In this document: positions 35,601 to 47,600 of the stretch, in pieces | How positions within the stretch are numbered: position 1 is the stretch's first letter | How the letters are laid out: each line of letters begins with the position of its first letter | Source: Rebecca billardiae RCC1528 | Lineage: Eukaryota; Protista; Haptophyta | Assembly (NCBI GenBank): GCA_965240325.2 | Contig: OZ251228.1 | Location: 806,001-870,000, forward strand | DNA length: 64,000 nucleotides | Reading direction: 5' to 3' | Program-made: the position numbers and the translations under genes | Notes under the pieces: generated by a model | Databases searched by the model: none | Told to the model about the DNA's origin: nothing | What the model saw: only the letters and a program-made list of their open reading frames with translations

Positions 35601-38600
35601 CGCCGCCCTCACCGCCACCGAGCCCACCGCCGCCCAGCCCACCACCCAGCCCGCCACCAAGCCCTCCGCCATTGCCACCGCCAAGCCCGCCGCCGCCAAG
35701 CCCGCCGCCCAGCCCGCCACCTTTGCCGCCGCCGTCGCCACCACCCAGCCCGCCGCCGCCCAGTCCGCCACCCAGCCCACCACCGAGCCCGCCGCCGAGC
35801 CCGCCACCGAGCCCGCCGCCGCCGAACCCACCACCGTCGCCGCCGCCGTCGCCGCCGCCGTCGCCGCCGCCTAGCCCGCCGCCCTCGCCGCCGCCAAGCC
35901 CGCCACCGAGCCCGCCGCCAAGCCCACCGCCCTCGCCTCCGCCTTCCCCGCCGCCTTCCCCGCCGCCGTCGCCGCCGCCGTCGCCACCTCCCAGCCCGCC
36001 GCCCAGCCCGCCGCCCAGCCCGCCGCCCAGCCCGCCGCCATCGCCACCGCCGTCGCCGCCACCGAGCCCGCCGCCGAGTCCACCGCCGAGCCCACCGCCA
36101 TCACCGCCACCCAGCCCGCCGCCCTCGCCGCCGCCCAGCCCGCCGCCCTCGCCGCCGCCGAGCCCGCCGCCGAGCCCTCCGCCGAGCCCACCGCCTTCGC
36201 CGCCACCGAGCCCGCCACCGAGCCCACCGCCCAGCCCGCCTCCCTCGCCGCCGCCTTCCCCGCCGCCTTCGCCGCCCCCCTCGCCGCCCCCGAGCCCGCC
36301 CCCGAGCCCGCCGCCCAGCCCGCCGCCCTCGCCACCGCCCTCGCCACCACCAAGCCCGCCCCCGAGCCCGCCGCCGAGCCCGCCGCCGAGCCCACCGCCG
36401 TCGCCGCCACCCTCGCCGCCGCCGAGCCCTCCGCCGAGCCCGCCTCCAAGCCCGCCGCCGTCACCACCGCCAAGCCCGCCGCCGAGCCCGCCGCCGAGCC
36501 CGCCGCCGAGCCCGCCGCCGTCGCCGCCACCCTCGCCGCCGCCGAGCCCTCCTCCGAGCCCGCCCCCAAGCCCCCCGCCGTCGCCACCGCCGAGCCCGCC
36601 GCCGAGCCCGCCGCCGAGCCCGCCCCCCTCGCCGCCGCCCATCCCGCCGCCGAGCCCGCCGCCTTCGCCGCCGCCCTCGCCGCCACCGAGCCCGCCGCCG
36701 AGCCCGCCGCCTTCGCCGCCACCGAGCCCGCCACCGTCGCCACCGCCGAGCCCGCCGCCGAGCCCGCCGCCGAGCCCGCCGCCGAGCCCGCCGCCGAGCC
36801 CACCACCGTCACCGCCACCCTCGCCGCCGCCGAGCCCTCCGCCGAGCCCGCCCCCAAGCCCGCCGCCGTCGCCACCGCCGAGCCCGCCGCCCAGCCCGCC
36901 GCCGAGCCCGCCGCCGAGCCCGCCGCCGTCGCCGCCGCCGTCGCCACCGCCGAGCCCTCCACCCTCGCCGCCGCCATCGCCACCACCGAGCCCGCCGCCG
37001 AGCCCACCGCCAAGCCCACCACCGTCACCGCCTCCGAGCCCGCCGCCACCAAGCCCGCCGCCGAGCCCGCCGCCGAGCCCGCCGCCTTCTCCGCCACCGA
37101 GCCCGCCGCCCCCGAGCCCGCCGCCGAGCCCGCCGCCCTCGCCGCCGCCCTCGCCGCCGCCGAGCCCGCCGCCGAGCCCACCGCCAAGCCCGCCACCGTC
37201 ACCGCCTCCGAGCCCGCCGCCACCAAGCCCGCCGCCGAGCCCGCCGCCGAGCCCGCCACCGTCTCCGCCACCGAGCCCGCCGCCCCCGAGCCCGCCGCCG
37301 AGCCCTCCACCCTCGCCGCCCCCCTCGCCGCCACCGAGCCCGCCGCCGAGCCCACCGCCAAGCCCACCACCGTCACCGCCTCCGAGCCCGCCGCCACCAA
37401 GCCCACCGCCGAGCCCACCGCCAAGTCCTCCGCCTTCTCCGCCACCGAGCCCGCCGCCCCCGAGCCCGCCTCCGAGCCCGCCACCGTCACCGCCACCCTC
37501 GCCACCGCCCAGCCCACCACCGCCCAGCCCGCCGCCGAGCCCGCCGCCCAGCCCGCCGCCCAGCCCGCCGCCCAGCCCACCGCCACCGAGCCCGCCGCCG
37601 AGCCCGCCGCCAAGCCCACCACCATCACCGCCTCCGAGCCCGCCGCCACCAAGCCCACCGCCCAGCCCACCGCCGAGTCCGCCACCTTCTCCGCCACCGA
37701 GCCCGCCGCCCCCGAGCCCGCCGCCGAGCCCGCCACCGTCACCGCCGCCCTCGCCACCGCCGAGCCCACCACCGCCGAGCCCGCCCCCGAGCCCGCCGCC
37801 CAGCCCGCCGCCCAGCCCGCCGCCCAGCCCACCGCCACCGAGCCCGCCGCCGAGCCCACCACCGTCGCCTCCGCCCTCGCCCCCGCCCAGTCCACCACCA
37901 CCCAGTCCACCGCCCAGCCCGCCGCCAAGCCCGCCACCTTCTCCGCCACCGAGCCCGCCGCCTCCAAGTCCACCGCCCAGCCCACCACCAAGCCCACCGC
38001 CGTCGCCACCACCAAGCCCGCCGCCGCCAAGTCCGCCGCCGAGTCCACCACCGTCACCGCCACCATCGCCGCCTCCGAGCCCACCGCCGCCGAGCCCGCC
38101 TCCGAGCCCGCCGCCCAGCCCGCCGCCAAGCCCGCCGCCGAGCCCGCCGCCTCCGAGCCCACCGCCGAGCCCACCACCGTCACCGCCACCATCGCCGCCT
38201 CCGAGCCCGCCGCCGCCCAGCCCGCCGCCGAGCCCACCGCCAAGCCCACCACCCAGCCCGCCGCCCAGCCCGCCGCCTCCGAGCCCACCGCCCAGCCCAC
38301 CGCCCTCGCCACCACCTTCTCCGCCACCGAGCCCGCCGCCCCCGAGCCCGCCGCCGAGCCCGCCACCGTCACCGCCACCCTCGCCACCGCCGAGCCCACC
38401 ACCGCCGAGCCCGCCCCCGAGCCCGCCGCCCAGCCCGCCGCCCAGCCCGCCGCCCAGCCCACCGCCACCGAGCCCGCCGCCGAGCCCACCACCGTCACCT
38501 CCGCCCTCACCCCCGCCCAGTCCACCACCACCCAGTCCACCGCCGAGCCCACCGCCAAGCCCGCCACCTTCTCCGCCACCGAGCCCGCCACCTCCGAGTC

Positions 38601-41600
38601 CACCGCCCAGCCCACCACCGAGCCCACCGCCGTCGCCACCACCAAGCCCGCCGCCGCCGAGTCCACCGCCCAGCCCACCACCGTCGCCGCCACCATCGCC
38701 GCCTCCGAGCCCGCCGCCACCAAGCCCACCGCCCAGCCCGCCGCCGAGTCCGCCACCTTCTCCGCCACCGAGCCCGCCGCCTCCGAGCCCGCCGCCGAGC
38801 CCACCACCGTCACCGCCACCATCGCCGCCTCCGAGCCCGCCGCCGCCCAGCCCGCCGCCGAGCCCACCGCCAAGCCCGCCACCAAGCCCGCCGCCGAGCC
38901 CGCCGCCTCCGAGCCCGCCGCCAAGTCCACCGCCATCGCCACCACCCGCGCCGCCGCCGAGCCCGCCGCCGCCAAGCCCGCCGCCAAGCCCGCCGCCGAG
39001 CCCACCGCCATCACCGCCGCCGAGCCCGCCGCCCCCAAGCCCGCCACCGAGCCCACCGCCCACGCCGCCACCGTCGCCGCCGCCAAGCCCACCGCCGCCA
39101 AGCCCGCCGCCGAGCCCGCCGCCAAGCCCGCCACCGTCACCGCCGCCGAGCCCGCCGCCACCGAGCCCACCGCCGAGCCCACCGCCGAGTCCGCCGCCTT
39201 CTCCGCCGCCGAGCCCGCCGCCCCCGAGCCCGCCGCCGAGCCCGCCACCGTCACCGCCACCCTCGCCACCACCGAGCCCGCCGCCGCCGAGCCCGCCGCC
39301 GAGCCCGCCGCCGAGTCCGCCACCTTCTCCGCCACCGAGCCCGCCACCTCCGAGTCCACCGCCGAGCCCACCACCGTCGCCTCCACCCTCGCCCCCGCCC
39401 AGCCCACCACCACCCAGCCCTCCACCGAGCCCGCCGCCAAGCCCACCACCGTCACCGCCTCCGAGCCCGCCGCCACCAAGCCCACCGCCCAGCCCGCCGC
39501 CGAGTCCGCCACCTTCTCCGCCACCGAGCCCGCCACCTCCGAGTCCACCGCCGAGCCCACCGCCGTCACCGCCACCATCGCCGCCTCCCAGCCCGCCGCC
39601 GCCCAGCCCGCCGCCGAGCCCACCGCCAAGCCCGCCACCAAGCCCGCCGCCGAGCCCGCCGCCTCCGAGCCCGCCGCCAAGTCCACCGCCATCGCCACCA
39701 CCCGCGCCGCCGCCGAGCCCGCCGCCGCCAAGTCCGCCGCCAAGCCCGCCGCCAAGCCCACCGCCATCACCGCCGCCGAGCCCGCCGCCCCCAAGCCCGC
39801 CGCCGAGCCCACCGCCCGCGCCGCCACCGTCGCCGCCGCCAAGCCCACCGCCGCCAAGCCCGCCGCCGAGCCCGCCGCCAAGCCCGCCACCGTCACCGCC
39901 GCCGAGCCCGCCGCCACCGAGCCCACCGCCGAGCCCACCGCCGAGTCCGCCACCTTCTCCGCCGCCGAGCCCGCCGCCCCCGAGCCCGCCGCCGGGCCCG
40001 CCACCGTCACCGCCACCCTCGCCACCGCCGAGCCCGCCGCCGCCGAGCCCGCCGCCGAGCCCGCCGCCGAGTCCGCCACCTTCTCCGCCACCGAGCCCGC
40101 CACCTCCGAGTCCACCGCCGAGCCCACCACCGTCGCCTCCACCCTCGCCCCCGCCCAGCCCACCACCACCCAGCCCTCCACCGAGCCCGCCGCCAAGCCC
40201 ACCACCGTCACCGCCTCCGAGCCCGCCGCCACCAAGCCCACCGCCCAGCCCACCGCCGAGTCCGCCACCTTCTCCGCCACCGAGCCCGCCACCTCCGAGT
40301 CCACCGCCGAGCCCACCGCCGTCACCGCCACCATCGCCGCCTCCGAGCCCACCGCCGCCGAGCCCACCGCCAAGCCCGCCGCCGAGCCCACCGCCATCAC
40401 CGCCTCCGAGCCCACCGCCACCAAGCCCGCCGCCGAGCCCGCCGCCGAGCCCTCCGCCGTCACCGCCGCCGAGCCCACCACCACCGAGCCCGCCGCCGAG
40501 CCCGCCGCCAAGCCCACCACCGTCACCGCCGCCAAGCCCGCCGCCACCAAGCCCGCCGCCGAGCCCGCCGCCGCATCCGCCACCTTCTCCGCCGCCGAGC
40601 CCGCCGCCACCCAGCCCACCGCCGAGCCCACCGCCGTCGCCGCCACCGGCGCCGCCGCCATCACCGCCACCTCCGAGCCCGCCGCCGAGCCCGCCGCCAA
40701 GTCCACCTCCGTCACCGCCGCCAAGCCCACCGCCACCGAGCCCGCCGCCAAGCCCACCGCCGTCTCCGCCGCCCCTGCCACCGCCGAGCCCGCCGCCACC
40801 GAGCCCGCCGCCGAGCCCACCACCACGCCCGCCACCGTCACCGCCGCCGAGCCCGCCACCACCGAGCCCGCCGCCAAGTCCACCGCCAAGCCCGCCCCCA
40901 GCTCCGCCACCGAGCCCGCCGCCACCGCGTCCGCCGCCAAGCCCGCCGCCCTCCCCACCGCCCCTACCTCCGCCGAGTCCGCCGCCGCCAAGCCCACCGC
41001 CAAGCCCGCCGCCACGCCCACCGCCATCGCCACCGCCGAGCCCACCGCCGCCAAGCCCGCCGCCAAGCCCGCCGCCAAGCCCGCCGCCAAGCCCACCGCC
41101 ATCGCCACCGCCACCAAGCCCACCGCCGAGCCCGCCACCGAGTCCACCGCCATTACCGCCGCCAAGCCCGCCGCCACCGAGCCCTCCGCCGAGCCCACCG
41201 CCCAGGCCACCGCCGTCGCCGCCACCGTCGCCGCCACCGCCGAGCCCGCCGCCATCGCCGCCGCCCAGTCCGCCGCCCGCGCCGCCCCCCAGCCCGCCAC
41301 CGCCGAGCCCACCGCCGAGCCCTCCACCGGCGCCTCCACCGCTTCCACCACCCAGCCCCCCGCCACCGGCACCGCCTCCGAGCCCGCCGCCCTCGCCACC
41401 GCCATTCCCACCCCCTAGCCCGCCACCGCCGAGCCCGCCGCCGTCGCCACCGCCGGCACCGCCACCATCGCCTCCGCCAAGCCCGCCGCCACCATCGCCA
41501 CCGCCAAGCCCGCCTCCACGCCCACCCCCATCCCCGCCGCCATCGCCGCCGCCACCGACGCCGCCGCCGAGCCCACCGCCGAGCCCACCGCCATTGCCGC

Positions 41601-44600
41601 CGCCGAGCCCGCCACCGCCCAGCCCGCCTCCGAGCCCGCCCCCGAGCCCGCCGCCAAGCCCACCGCCGTCGCCGCCACCGCCGCGACCGCCGCCGGCACC
41701 GCCGCCAAGCCCGCCACCGCTGCCACCACCGAGCCCGCCACCGCCGAGCCCGCCGCCACCGCGGCCGCCGCCCAGTCCACCTCCATCTCCGCCGCCTCAG
41801 CCACCGCCTTCGCCCCCGCCTCCGATGCCGCCGCCGAGTCCGCCGCCGAGCGAACCTCCGAGTCCGCCACCGAGCCCACCGCCACCGAGCCCGCCACCAA
41901 GCCCACCGCCGCGCCCACCGCCGCGCCCACCGCCCAGCCCGCCACCGCCACAGCCGCCGCCGCTGCCGCCCCCGCTGCCACCGCCAAGCCCGCCGCCGAG
42001 CCCGCCGCCAAGCCCGCCTCCCATTTCGCCGCCGAGTCCACCACCGAGCCCGCCGCCACCGAGTCCACCGCCGAGCCCACCACCATCGCCGCCACCAGTG
42101 CCACCGCCTAGCCCGCCGCCGCCACGACCGCCGCCGAGCCCACCGCCCAGCCTGCCACCGAGCCCGCCTCCGAGCCCGCCGCCACCCAGCCCGCCGCCGA
42201 GCCCGCCGCCATCACCGCCGCCGGCTCCGCCTCCGTCACCGCCGCCGCCGACCGCACCGCCGAGTCCGCCGCCATCACCGCCACCGAGCCCGCCACCGAG
42301 CCCGCCGCCGCCGAGCCCGCCGCCGAGCCCGCCTCCATCGCCGCCGCCGATACCGCCGCCGAGTCCTCCGCCGCCACGGCCACCGCCATTCCCGCCGCCG
42401 CTGCCGCCGCCGTCGCCGCCGCCGAGCCCGCCGCCGCCTCTCTTGCCTCCCTCGCCGCTACCATCGCCGCCGCCGATGCCGCCGCCTTCCCCGCCGCCGT
42501 CGCCGCCCCCGGCGACGCCACCGCAACCTCCGCCGAGCCCGCCGCCGAGCCCGCCGCCGAGCCCTCCCCCGATGCGGCCGCCACGCCCACCGCCCGCGCC
42601 ACCGCCAGTGCCGCCACCGGTGCCGCCGCCGGTGCCGCCACCGTCGCCACCGCCGGCACCGCCGCCGGCGCCACCGCCAGTGCCGCCGCCGGCGCCGCCG
42701 CCCAGCCCGCCGCCGAGCCCGCCGCCGGCGATGCCGCCGCCGCCGCCGCCCAGCCCACCACCATCGCCGCCGCCCAGGCCGCCACCCAGCCTTCCGCCGC
42801 CGCCCCCATTCGCGCCGCCGCCGCCGTCGCCGTCGCCACCGCCGCCGTCACTGCCACCGCGCGCCCCACCGCCGCCGCCATCCCTGCCTCCTGCTCCGCC
42901 GCCGCCGCCGCGAGCTGAGCCGTTCCCGCCGCCATCGCCGCCGTCCGAGCCGCCGCTGTCGCCGCCGCCGAGCCCACCGTCTCCGCCCCCGCCGCCGCCG
43001 GGCACGACGACGTACCTCACGCTCACGATCGACCTCGGCGCGGAGGACTTTGGCGACACGGCGCGCGCGGAGCTTCTCGCCGGTCTGGAGGCGCTCACGG
43101 GCGTGTCGGCGTCGCGCATGACGATCGAGGAGGAGAAGGCCGCGTCCGTGTCCGTCGTGATCCGGATCTTCCAGACCGAGGCGGACGGGGTCGTGGACGT
43201 GGTTGGCGCGCTCGCGCCACAGTCCGACGAGGCGATCGGCGCGGCGCTCGGCTTTGGTGTCGTCGAGCGGCCGACCGAGCTGTTCGTCGGCTGCACGGAC
43301 GCGAATGCGCCCAACTACGACTCGACGGCCACATACGAGCCCGCGGCGGGTCTGTGCGTGTACACGTCGCCGCCTCCGCCGCCGTCGCCGCAGCCGCCGC
43401 GGCCACCGCCGCCGCCGAGCCCGTCGCCGCCCCGCCCGCCGCCGCCGCCCGCCCCGCCGCCGCCGTCGCCGCCGCCGCCTCCGCTGCCGCCGCCGCCCAG
43501 CCCGCCGCCGCCGCCCAGCCCGCCGCCGCCGAGCTCGCCGCCGCCGCCCAGCCCGCCGCCGCCCAGCCCGCTGCCGCCCAGCCCGCCGCCGCCCAGCCCG
43601 CTGCCGCCCAGCCCGCCGCCGCCCAGCCCGCCGCCGCCCAAGCGCTCGGAGAACGTGACCTCGTTCGAGGCGGTGCGCGCCGTGCCCAAGCAGCTCGACT
43701 TCTCGGCGGTGCCGTGGCTGGCGGAGGGCTCGGCGGTCAAGTGGCTGCCGAGCAGCGCCGGTCCGGAGGAGAGCTTTGACTGCACCGCCGCAGCGCTCGC
43801 CGAGCTCGGCGGCGAGCAGACGCTCGGCGCGGACCTGCTCGCCACCTTCGACGTGAGCGTGTCTGGGTACGGCTACCGCTTCTGCTACTTCAACCCGGGC
43901 GGCCTCGCCGAGTGGCGGCTCGAGCCGCTCTTCTTCCTCGACGTGTTCGACGTGACCGCCGCCTCGCGCGCCGTCGCGGTGGCGGGCGTGGAGGCGCGGT
44001 ACAGCTTCGCCGGCGTCGGCGTCGCGAGCGGCGACGCGGCGTTCTGGGTGGACGGCGCGGCCGCGGACTGCTCGGCGGGCGGCGTGGCCGCGCTGGGCGG
44101 CGAGCAGACCCTCGTCGGCTCGCGCGCGCTCTTCACGTTTGCGCAGACGGCGTCCGCGCTGCGGCTGTGCTTCCGCTTCCGCGACGAGCCGTTCGCGCTG
44201 TACGCGGGGATCACGCTGAGCGTGTACGGCCTGGACTCCGGACCGCTCGCGCTCGACACGGTCGTCGGCGCGAGCGTCGCGCTCAACGTGAGCGGCCCGG
44301 GCGTGAGCGGCGCAGACCGCGCGTACTGGGTGCCCGCTTCGGACATCAGCTGTGCGCGCGCGCCGCTCGCGGCGTACGGCGGCGTGCAGTCGGTGGGCGC
44401 GTCGGGCGTGGCGTCGTTCGTGCCCACCGTGGGCGCGGCGGAGCTCGCGGTGTGCTACGCCTTCGGCGCGCAGCCGTTCGCGCGGTACGCCGACCACACG
44501 CTCATCGTGCGCGCGGTCACCGGCCCCGCGACCACGGTCGCCGTCGTCGGCGCGTCCGAGCTGCTCGCGTTTGCGGGCGTCGGCCTGCGGGCGGGCGACC

Positions 44601-47600
44601 GCGCCAAGTGGGTGGCGCCGGGCGCGACGGGCTGCGCCGACGCGGCGGACGACGCGAGCGCCGAGGCGGTGCTCGGCGCGGACGCCACCGCCGCCTTCAC
44701 GCTCGGCGCGGCCGCGATCGGCCTGCAGCTCTGCTTTGCGCACGGCGCGGCCGCCTTCAAGCTGTACCCCGCGCTGCGCCTGTCCGCATACGCGCTGGGC
44801 GGCCCCGCGGAGTCGCGCGCGGTGGTGGGCGCGGAGGAGAGCGTGGGCTTCACCGGCGTCGGAGTGGGCGCCGGCGAGCAGCCCGACGGCGCGTTCTGGG
44901 TCGAGGCGGGCTCGGACTGCGCCGAGGGCGGCGCGCGCGCCGAGTACGGCGGCGCGCTCAACGTGACGGCGGGCGGCGTCGTCACGTTCACGCTGCTCGC
45001 GCCCGCGCCCTCGGGCGCGCTCTCGGCGTGCTACCGGTTCGGGGCGGAGCCGTGGGCGCACTACGCCGCCATCGCGCTGCGCACGCTGCACGTGCTCGGC
45101 CCGGCGAGCACCGTCGCCGCCGTGGGCGCGCTCGAGCCGATCTCGTTCGACGCGGTCGGCGCGTCCGACTCGGACCGAGCCTTCTGGGCGGACGCGGCCG
45201 CGACGGCGTGCGACGCGGCCGCGGCCGCGGCGGGCGGCGGCGTGCAGGCGGTGCTGCGCGGCAGCGCCAACTTCACCTTCGGCGCGCCCGCGCTCGGGCT
45301 GCGGCTGTGCTACCAGTTCGCCTCCAAGCCGTTCCGGCTGTACGGCGCGCTCGGTCTGGACGTGCTGCAGGTGAGCGCGCCCGCGCTCAGCGTCGCCGTG
45401 GCGGGCGTGGCGGAGCGCGTGGCGTTCGGGGGCGTCGGGCTGGCCGACGGCGACCGCGCGTACTGGGCGCCGGCGGGCACGCCCTCGTGCGCCGCCGCGC
45501 CGCCGTCCGACGCGCGCGGCGGCGTGCAGCCCGTGCTCGGCGCCAACGCCACGTTCAGCCTCGACGCGCCGACGCCGCTCGGGCGGCACGTCTTGTGTTA
45601 CGCGTTTGGCGACGAGCCGTTTGCGCTGTTCGGCGGCGTGCAGCTCGACGTGTACGCGGTGCGCGCGCCCGCGTTCACGCAGGTGGTCGTGGGCGTCGCC
45701 GAGACGATCGTCTTCGCGGGCCACGGCCTCGCCGACGGCGACCGCGCCAAGTGGGTCGCGCCCGACGCGGCCGACTGCAACGCGCCGCCGTACGCGCACG
45801 GCGGCGCGCTGCCGCTCGCCGCGTCGCGCGCCGAGTTCACGCTCGAGGCGGCCGCGCTCGGCTTGCAGCTGTGCTTTGCCTTCGGCAGCCGGCCGTTCCG
45901 GCTCTACGCCGCGGGCGCCGCCGACGCGATCACGCTCGACGCGCTGCAGGTGACCGAGCCGTCGTACACGCTCGCGGTCGTGGGCGTGCCCGAGGCCGTC
46001 GCGTTTGGCGTCGTCGGGCTGGAGGACGGCGACCTCGCCAAGTGGGTGCCGCTGGTGGAGGGCGCGAGCCTCGCGTGCGAGGCCGAGCCGCTCGACGCGT
46101 ACGGCGGCGCGCAGCCCGTCACCAACGGCTCGGCCACCTTCCTCTTCAGCCAGCCGCACGCGGAGCTGCGTTTGTGCTATGAGCACGCGCAGGAGCCGTG
46201 GGCGCCGTACGAGGCGATCAGACTGCGCGCCGCGCAGGTGCAGGCGCCCGCGGAGAGCGTGGCGGTGGTGAACGTGAGCGAGACCGTCGTCTTCGCCGGC
46301 GTCGGCGTGCAGGCCGGCGATGGCGCCTTCTGGGTCGAGGCCGCCGCCGAGTGCGCGGCGGGCGGCGCGCGCGCCGCGTACGGCGGCGAGCTCAACGTGA
46401 CAGCGGGCGGCGGCGTCACGTTCACGCTGCTCGCCGCCGCGCCCTCGGGCTCGCTCGCGCTGTGCTTCCGGCACGCGGCCGAGGCGTGGGCGCACTACCC
46501 GGCCATCGTGCTGCGCACGCGCCAGATCCTCGGCCCGGCGCTCTCGACCGTCGTCGTGGACGTGCCCGAGCAGCTCGCCTTCTCCGGCGTGGGCGTCGGC
46601 GCGGGCGACGTCGCGTGGTGGGTGCGTGCGGACGCGACGGACTGCGCGCTCGGCTCGGAGACGGGGTACGCCGTCTCGAGCGACGGCGCGGTCGTCGTCA
46701 CGTTCACCACGGCCGGGCTGCAGTGGCAGCTCTGCTACGCCTTCGCCACCAAGCCCGCCAAGCTGTACGGCCCGTCGACCGCCGAGCCGATGCTGCTGGA
46801 CGCACTCGGGCTGAGCGCGCCGCTCTCGACGGTCGCGGTGCTCGGCGTCGCGGAGACGTTCGCGTTCGCGGGGGTGGGCGTGGGCGCGGGCGACCGCGCG
46901 TACTGGGCGCCGGCGAGCGCGGACGCGTGCCCCACCGCCGCTCCAGCCGACGAGCGCGGCGGCTTGCGCAACGTCTCCGCCGTCGGCACGGCCGCATTCA
47001 CCTTTGGCGCGACGACCGAGCTCGAGCTCGGCGGGCTGCGCCTGTGTTACGCCTTCGAGGGCGAGCCGTACAAGCTGTACGCCGCGATGCGCGTCGAGGT
47101 GTACGATGTGGCCGGCCCCGCGTTCTCGCGCGTCGTCGTCGGCGTGCCTGAGACCGTGGCCTTCAGCGGCTACGGCGTGCGCGTGGGCGACCGCGCCAAG
47201 TGGGTGGGCGCGGACGCGACCGACTGCGCGGGCGTTGCGTTCGGTGCGGCGCGCACGCTCGGCGCCGGCCTGAGCGCGAGCTTCACGCTGCCCGCGGGCG
47301 GGCTGGGCCTGGCGCTGTGCTTCGCGTTCGCGGGCGAGCCGTTCAAGCGGTACCCGTCGCTCACGCTCGACGCGCTCGTCGTGAGCGCGCCCACCGCGAG
47401 CCTCGCGGTCGTGGGCGTGCAGGAGGCGGTGCGCTTCGATGGCTACGGCCTCGTGCCGGGCGACGGCGCGTACTGGCTGCCGTACAACGGCACGGCGGTC
47501 GACTGTGCCGACCCGGTGGACGGCGCGCCGCGTGCGGCGTACGGCGGCGCGCAGACCCTCGACGCCGCCCTCTCCGCGCCCTTCACCTTCGACGTCGCCC

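Noticed and set aside
25031-43000. CRISPR-like or satellite interpretation of the repeats
   Set aside because: There is no repeat-spacer structure. The repeats are in-frame coding units of a eukaryotic gene.
32595-43314. Very long alternative-frame ORFs (3508-aa Arg/His-rich; 2128-aa Gly-rich and Ala-rich antisense frames)
   Set aside because: These are shadows of the CCG/CCA/AGC repeat, which lacks stops in most frames. Only the Pro frame is continuous with the flanking domains.
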